64,000 nucleotides of DNA from a virus: IMG/VR virus record IMGVR_UViG_3300017917_004441, positions 36,912 to 100,911 of that record; one strand, 5' to 3'. Below, in pieces: positions 59,645-64,000 of the stretch (positions within the stretch are counted from its first letter, which is position 1; the number at the start of each line of letters is the position of its first letter). Under the pieces are notes generated by a model, which saw only the letters and a program-made list of their open reading frames with translations, was not told where the DNA came from and made no database searches. The translations under genes were made by a program, and so were the position numbers.

Positions 59645-62600
59645 TGCCTTGTAGTAATTCAGTTTATTTAGTTTGTTGTTATGATCCCACAAGGTCCTTT
59701 TCAGCCTGTACTCCAACAATTGACGGAGTACCAAATTCTTCGTTTGTTGATGGTGGATTTTACTTAGGAAGTGATCCACTAAACGCTAACATTTGTTATT
59801 CTGCAACGTCCACTCCTGTTGGAACCGTATATAACTTACAGCAATCAAGCTATACCACACAAGTAGATTGCGATACATGTCAACTCAATTACGGTGGAGG
59901 ATGTCCTTCAGTTGTAACCTTTACAAACGCCATATTGGTAAACTGTTGTGATCCGACCGATACTCTCAACGCTAGTGTACCTAACACCTATTCTGTAGGG
60001 ATTCAGGCAATTAGATATAATGATAAATGTTGGACCGTTCAATCATTTGGTGGTGTTGGAGGTGAAGAACTTTACGCAGGATATGATGGATGTGGTGATT
60101 GTTTGAATAATTTTCCATGTTGTGGATGTTACGAGCTTGAAGTTGGACCCCTTTTCCCACTTGTTGTGGATAATGGAGATGTTTTCATTGATTACACAAA
60201 CTGTTCAGGTAATTTACAAACAGCAACTGCAACCACAGGTAACCTTACATTCAACATATGTTCTCAATCGGGTGAAACTATCACAACAAGATTTGATGTG
60301 GGAGGATCACCTTATACAGGGGATACCTACCCCTATGAGCCTTTCGGGGGACCAAACCCAGACCTAACGGTTTATGTAACGAATTTAGAAGAGGTATGTA
60401 GTGGAGAACCTTGTGGTCCGTTGCCATCGGCTACACCAACACCTACACCAACAATTACACCAACCCCCACTATAACTGTAACCCCCACGGTAACACCAAC
60501 ACCTACAAGTTCACCTCCGTTTTTACCTTCACCTCTGAATTACACTTTGAGTATCACAGGGACATGTACTTCAGCAACTGGCGCGATATGTGTTGTTCCA
60601 TCGGGTGGTGTTCCACCTTATACAGTGGAATGGTTGACCCCGAATTTGGGTTTTGGTCTTTGTAAAACTGGTCTTACCGCGGGTAGCTACTCAATCAAAC
60701 TTACGGATTCGTCATCACCTGTAAACCAAACAAATTACATCAATGCGGTTGTTGGAAATTCATTGTCACTTGCAATTTCAAGTGTCAATGACACAACATG
60801 TGGATTGGATAATGGAGATGTTGTTGTTTATGCCGTAAGTAATAACTTAGATATTACATATTATTTGTATTCGGGATCAAGTGTTCTGAATTCAACTACA
60901 ACCACAAATGGAATTGCCTCGTTCAACCAGTTGGCTTCGGGTAATTACTACGTCTATGGTGTAGGTGTTGATGGATGTACGGCAACAACGGCAAACTTTG
61001 TGGTGGATCCATCAGATCCTTTGGACTTTGGATTCTATGTGGTGAATGATACTCAGTGTTTGAGTCCATCAGGAAAACTTTATGTTACGGGTCTAACAGG
61101 AAACGCACCATACACTTATCTATGGAACAACTTGGAGACTACTTCAAGTATAACAGGACTAAGTGCTGGGTCTTATTCAGTAACCGTTACTGATAACCAA
61201 GGTTGTACGGTTACCAAGAGTGCTTTGGTTGACTACGTACCTGGTTTAGGACTTGGATCTTGGACAAGTACGGATCCAACTTGTTTCAATTCAGACGGAA
61301 GCCTTACGTTGACAATAACGGGTGGAACGGGTCCTTATTTCTATTCGGGAAGTAATGGTACCACGATAGTTACCTACGCCACGTCCTATACATTTACAAA
61401 TCTTTCTGCGGGACCGTTCTTTGTTACAGTTACCGATGCCGCACTTTGTAAACAAACCTTCAGTGCCACATTACTAACACCAACAGCTTTTTATAATGTC
61501 GTTGCAAATGTTACAAATTCAACATGTTCATCACAAAATGGATCTATAAATGTTTCCTTACAAGGGGGTAGTCCGCCTTATACGTATAGTTTGAGTTCGG
61601 TAACATCAACAACAAGTGCCACGACAAACTCAACACAATACATTTTCAGTAATCTGTCAAACGGAACATATAATTTGACAATTAGTGATGGGGGTGAGTG
61701 TGAATACAACTCAACGTTGGTTGTAAACTCAACAAATCTTTTCTCAGTGTCAGTGTCGGCAACCACAGCTAGTTGTGGACTTGATAATGGTTCAATTGTT
61801 TTGACAGCAACGGCGGGTGGTGTACTTCCATATACTTACACCTTGGACAATGGACAAACCATAACAACCACAAGTTTATCAACTACGTTCTCATCTCTAC
61901 CGAGTGGTCCGTATCAATATTATGTGACTGACGCCAATGGTTGTACCGTATCAGGTAACACAAGTGTTGCGGATTTGAGTCCTTTAAATTTCTCTTTGTT
62001 CCCAACACAACCAGTGTATCCTTCAACCACAGGTAATATATCGGTATTGATATCACAAGGTCAGCCACCATTTACATTCACATGGTCTCCGAACATTCCA
62101 AGTAATCCACAATCAATTTTTGTCACAGGTCTAACTGCCGATACCTACACCTTGACAATTGTTGATGATAATGGATGTACCCAAACAAGAAGTACGGTTA
62201 TAGAACAACCCAATTTCCAACAAACTTATCAAACATTCACAATGTGTGAGTCTGATTTTGTTTTCACCTCGGCAACAAGAAGATCAATGTTGGATATGGT
62301 CTATGACGGATTTATAGATCTGACAACACCTGAAACTGGATGTACATTATCCTCAACTACTTTCACAATAGAAGTGGAAGTTAGTGGTAATACATATTCA
62401 AATTCTTTCTATACAGGATACACTTTGACAGATGTACCAACAGACACTGAATACTTCACCGCAGTTGAAAATTTATTGACAGGAATACCAGGAGTTTCAC
62501 AAGTAATAATTGATCCCGTAACATCTCAGGTTTCAATATTTACTGAAGGTGAATTGGCAAACAAACCCGTAGTAATTGATTTGATAATTGATTACATAAT

Positions 62601-63270
62601 ATTGTGTCCGACACCATGTCCATCAGCGACACCTACGGTCACACCTACTATTACAACAACACCTACGGTAACACCTACTATTACCGAGACCCCAACACAG
62701 ACACCTACTCCAACATCAAGTAGTACAACACAAACACCGACCCCAACTAGTACTGTAACCCCGACAGTGACTCCGACTATAACTGAAACTTCTACTCAAA
62801 CGCCAACTCCAACACCAACAATAACCGAAACACCGACAAATACGCCAACATCAACAATTACACAGACACCAACTCAAACTCCTTCAGTAACACCTACCCT
62901 AACTCCAACGGTTACACCTTCATCTGATCCGTATCCATACTTCTTGGCGGGTTATTGTTATGATGGAAGAATGTATGCTGATGGCGGAAGTTTCTCATCA
63001 AATTGTACGCAAGTTCAAAGTGGTTTGGGATCCGCTACTCGTTATAAGTCAAATTATCCGTATAGTTATTTGTACAGTGGATTGTGGAGTACAGTCAATA
63101 TGTTTATTTATGATACTGTCACTGCAAGTTTATTGAGTTCAAAACCAATCGCCGATGGATGTCAGTATTGGGAAACTAGTAGTTTGGGTAAAGTTATTGC
63201 AGGATATCCACAAGTTGGATTTGATTGTACAACCCCTGGAGGTTGTTGTCCTGGTACCGCACCAAGTTAA
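59644..63270 (+). CDS. Adhesin/fibre-like protein with Cys-rich modules, SprB-like repeats and Thr/Pro mucin-like tracts
   Basis: Repeated C...G.I.....GG..PYTY.W......GL.AG.Y.VTVTD..GC units and (TP)n tracts; the ATG at 59644 is coupled by TAATG. Confidence 0.7.
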   Translation: MPCSNSVYLVCCYDPTRSFSACTPTIDGVPNSSFVDGGFYLGSDPLNANICYSATSTPVGTVYNLQQSSYTTQVDCDTCQLNYGGGCPSVVTFTNAILVNCCDPTDTLNASVPNTYSVGIQAIRYNDKCWTVQSFGGVGGEELYAGYDGCGDCLNNFPCCGCYELEVGPLFPLVVDNGDVFIDYTNCSGNLQTATATTGNLTFNICSQSGETITTRFDVGGSPYTGDTYPYEPFGGPNPDLTVYVTNLEEVCSGEPCGPLPSATPTPTPTITPTPTITVTPTVTPTPTSSPPFLPSPLNYTLSITGTCTSATGAICVVPSGGVPPYTVEWLTPNLGFGLCKTGLTAGSYSIKLTDSSSPVNQTNYINAVVGNSLSLAISSVNDTTCGLDNGDVVVYAVSNNLDITYYLYSGSSVLNSTTTTNGIASFNQLASGNYYVYGVGVDGCTATTANFVVDPSDPLDFGFYVVNDTQCLSPSGKLYVTGLTGNAPYTYLWNNLETTSSITGLSAGSYSVTVTDNQGCTVTKSALVDYVPGLGLGSWTSTDPTCFNSDGSLTLTITGGTGPYFYSGSNGTTIVTYATSYTFTNLSAGPFFVTVTDAALCKQTFSATLLTPTAFYNVVANVTNSTCSSQNGSINVSLQGGSPPYTYSLSSVTSTTSATTNSTQYIFSNLSNGTYNLTISDGGECEYNSTLVVNSTNLFSVSVSATTASCGLDNGSIVLTATAGGVLPYTYTLDNGQTITTTSLSTTFSSLPSGPYQYYVTDANGCTVSGNTSVADLSPLNFSLFPTQPVYPSTTGNISVLISQGQPPFTFTWSPNIPSNPQSIFVTGLTADTYTLTIVDDNGCTQTRSTVIEQPNFQQTYQTFTMCESDFVFTSATRRSMLDMVYDGFIDLTTPETGCTLSSTTFTIEVEVSGNTYSNSFYTGYTLTDVPTDTEYFTAVENLLTGIPGVSQVIIDPVTSQVSIFTEGELANKPVVIDLIIDYIILCPTPCPSATPTVTPTITTTPTVTPTITETPTQTPTPTSSSTTQTPTPTSTVTPTVTPTITETSTQTPTPTPTITETPTNTPTSTITQTPTQTPSVTPTLTPTVTPSSDPYPYFLAGYCYDGRMYADGGSFSSNCTQVQSGLGSATRYKSNYPYSYLYSGLWSTVNMFIYDTVTASLLSSKPIADGCQYWETSSLGKVIAGYPQVGFDCTTPGGCCPGTAPS
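60424..60519 (+). repeat. Thr/Pro low-complexity coding repeat
   Basis: Encodes [32 protein letters not shown]. Confidence 0.85.
62608..62925 (+). repeat. Thr/Pro low-complexity coding repeat
   Basis: About 105 aa of [17 protein letters not shown]-type units with diverged codons. Confidence 0.9.
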
Positions 63271-63283
63271 ATAAATAATCGTT

Positions 63284-64000
63284 ATGCCATCACAAATTCA
63301 AATAACAAGTTTTACGGGGGGGTTACCAGCACAGGTATTCGTATCTGACGTATATGGTAATAACAATACGTTTGTGGGATCTATAGTTTCGGCGATTCCA
63401 CCAACAATTTATTTCACGTTACCATCTTTATTTGATTTTGCACCTGCGGTTAAAATAACCATAATAGATTCAAATGGTTGTGAAGAATTTACAATTGATG
63501 AGTGTCTGACCATTTTCCCGAGTCCCACACCAACTCCAACAGTAACTCCAACAATCACCAACACACCGACTGTTACTCCAACAATAACGAACACATCAAC
63601 TTCAACGCCAACACCAACGGTTACCGAAACACCAACAAGTACTCCTACACCAACTATTTCTGAAACTCCAACTCAGACACCAACTGTTACACCAACTTCA
63701 GATCCTACACAAACTCCAACCTCTACTATCACTCCAACGGTAACACCAACAATTACTGAGACTCCAACAAATACTCCGACGGCAACAGTAACCGAGACAC
63801 CAACCAATACTCCTACGACAACCGCAACTCAAACTCCGACAGTTACTCTTTCGCCAAATCCAACCCAAACTCCGACACCAAGTATTACACCAACAGTAAC
63901 GGATACTCCAACAGCAACACCGACTCAAACTCCAACCGTAACACCAACATCGGATCCTACCCAAACACCAACGCCAAGTATCACACCAACTGTGACTCCA
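63284..64000 (+). CDS. Thr/Pro-rich mucin-like protein (3'-truncated; absent from the ORF track)
   Basis: [25 protein letters not shown]...DSNGCEE, then about 160 aa of TP repeats, open to the window end. Confidence 0.8.
   Translation, partial: MPSQIQITSFTGGLPAQVFVSDVYGNNNTFVGSIVSAIPPTIYFTLPSLFDFAPAVKITIIDSNGCEEFTIDECLTIFPSPTPTPTVTPTITNTPTVTPTITNTSTSTPTPTVTETPTSTPTPTISETPTQTPTVTPTSDPTQTPTSTITPTVTPTITETPTNTPTATVTETPTNTPTTTATQTPTVTLSPNPTQTPTPSITPTVTDTPTATPTQTPTVTPTSDPTQTPTPSITPTVTP
63518..64000 (+). repeat. Thr/Pro low-complexity coding repeat
   Basis: [22 protein letters not shown]... continuing to the window edge. Confidence 0.9.

Noticed and set aside
1-64000. Stop-codon reassignment as seen in some large phages
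   Set aside because: Genes are full length and densely packed under the standard code, and TAA, TGA and TAG all end genes at sensible positions.
1-64000. tRNA, rRNA, CRISPR array, integrase or transposase
   Set aside because: Intergenic gaps are short and I saw no cloverleaf, repeat-spacer array or recombinase motifs by eye.
62608-64000. TP tracts as a DNA tandem repeat, DGR target or CRISPR-like array
   Set aside because: The repetition is at protein level with varied synonymous codons; there is no reverse transcriptase or fixed-length DNA repeat.

Overview
The whole window is a gene-dense, AT-rich segment of a large contractile-tailed (myovirus-type, distantly T4-like) bacteriophage genome that reads in the standard genetic code. 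In order it holds: the end of a fibre-like gene with a C1q/BclA-type tip; a six-gene glycosylation operon (GT60-like, GT25, two PLOD/LH3-GT-like, an O-methyltransferase, an HtrL/YibB-GT fusion); a BppU-like gene; a family B DNA polymerase; an inverted block (neck protein, Mn-SOD fused to a nuclease-like domain, SNF2 helicase); a tail module (head-tail joining, sheath, HAD-like protein, tube, chaperone with a probable frameshift, tape measure, baseplate/hub); a replication module (gp32-like SSB, RecA/UvsX, 5'-3' exonuclease, DnaB-like helicase, ATP-cone NrdB plus cone-less NrdA); and a baseplate/fibre module ending in SprB-repeat and Thr/Pro mucin-like proteins. A TATTTAT(A) motif precedes at least 13 genes, and sigma70-like promoters precede polB and ssb. 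The best candidate for a new system is phage-encoded protein O-glycosylation of mucin-like virion proteins. Other leads are a possibly virion-packaged SOD-nuclease polyprotein and a class Id RNR co-encoded with SOD. All calls are by motif recognition; no database search was run.
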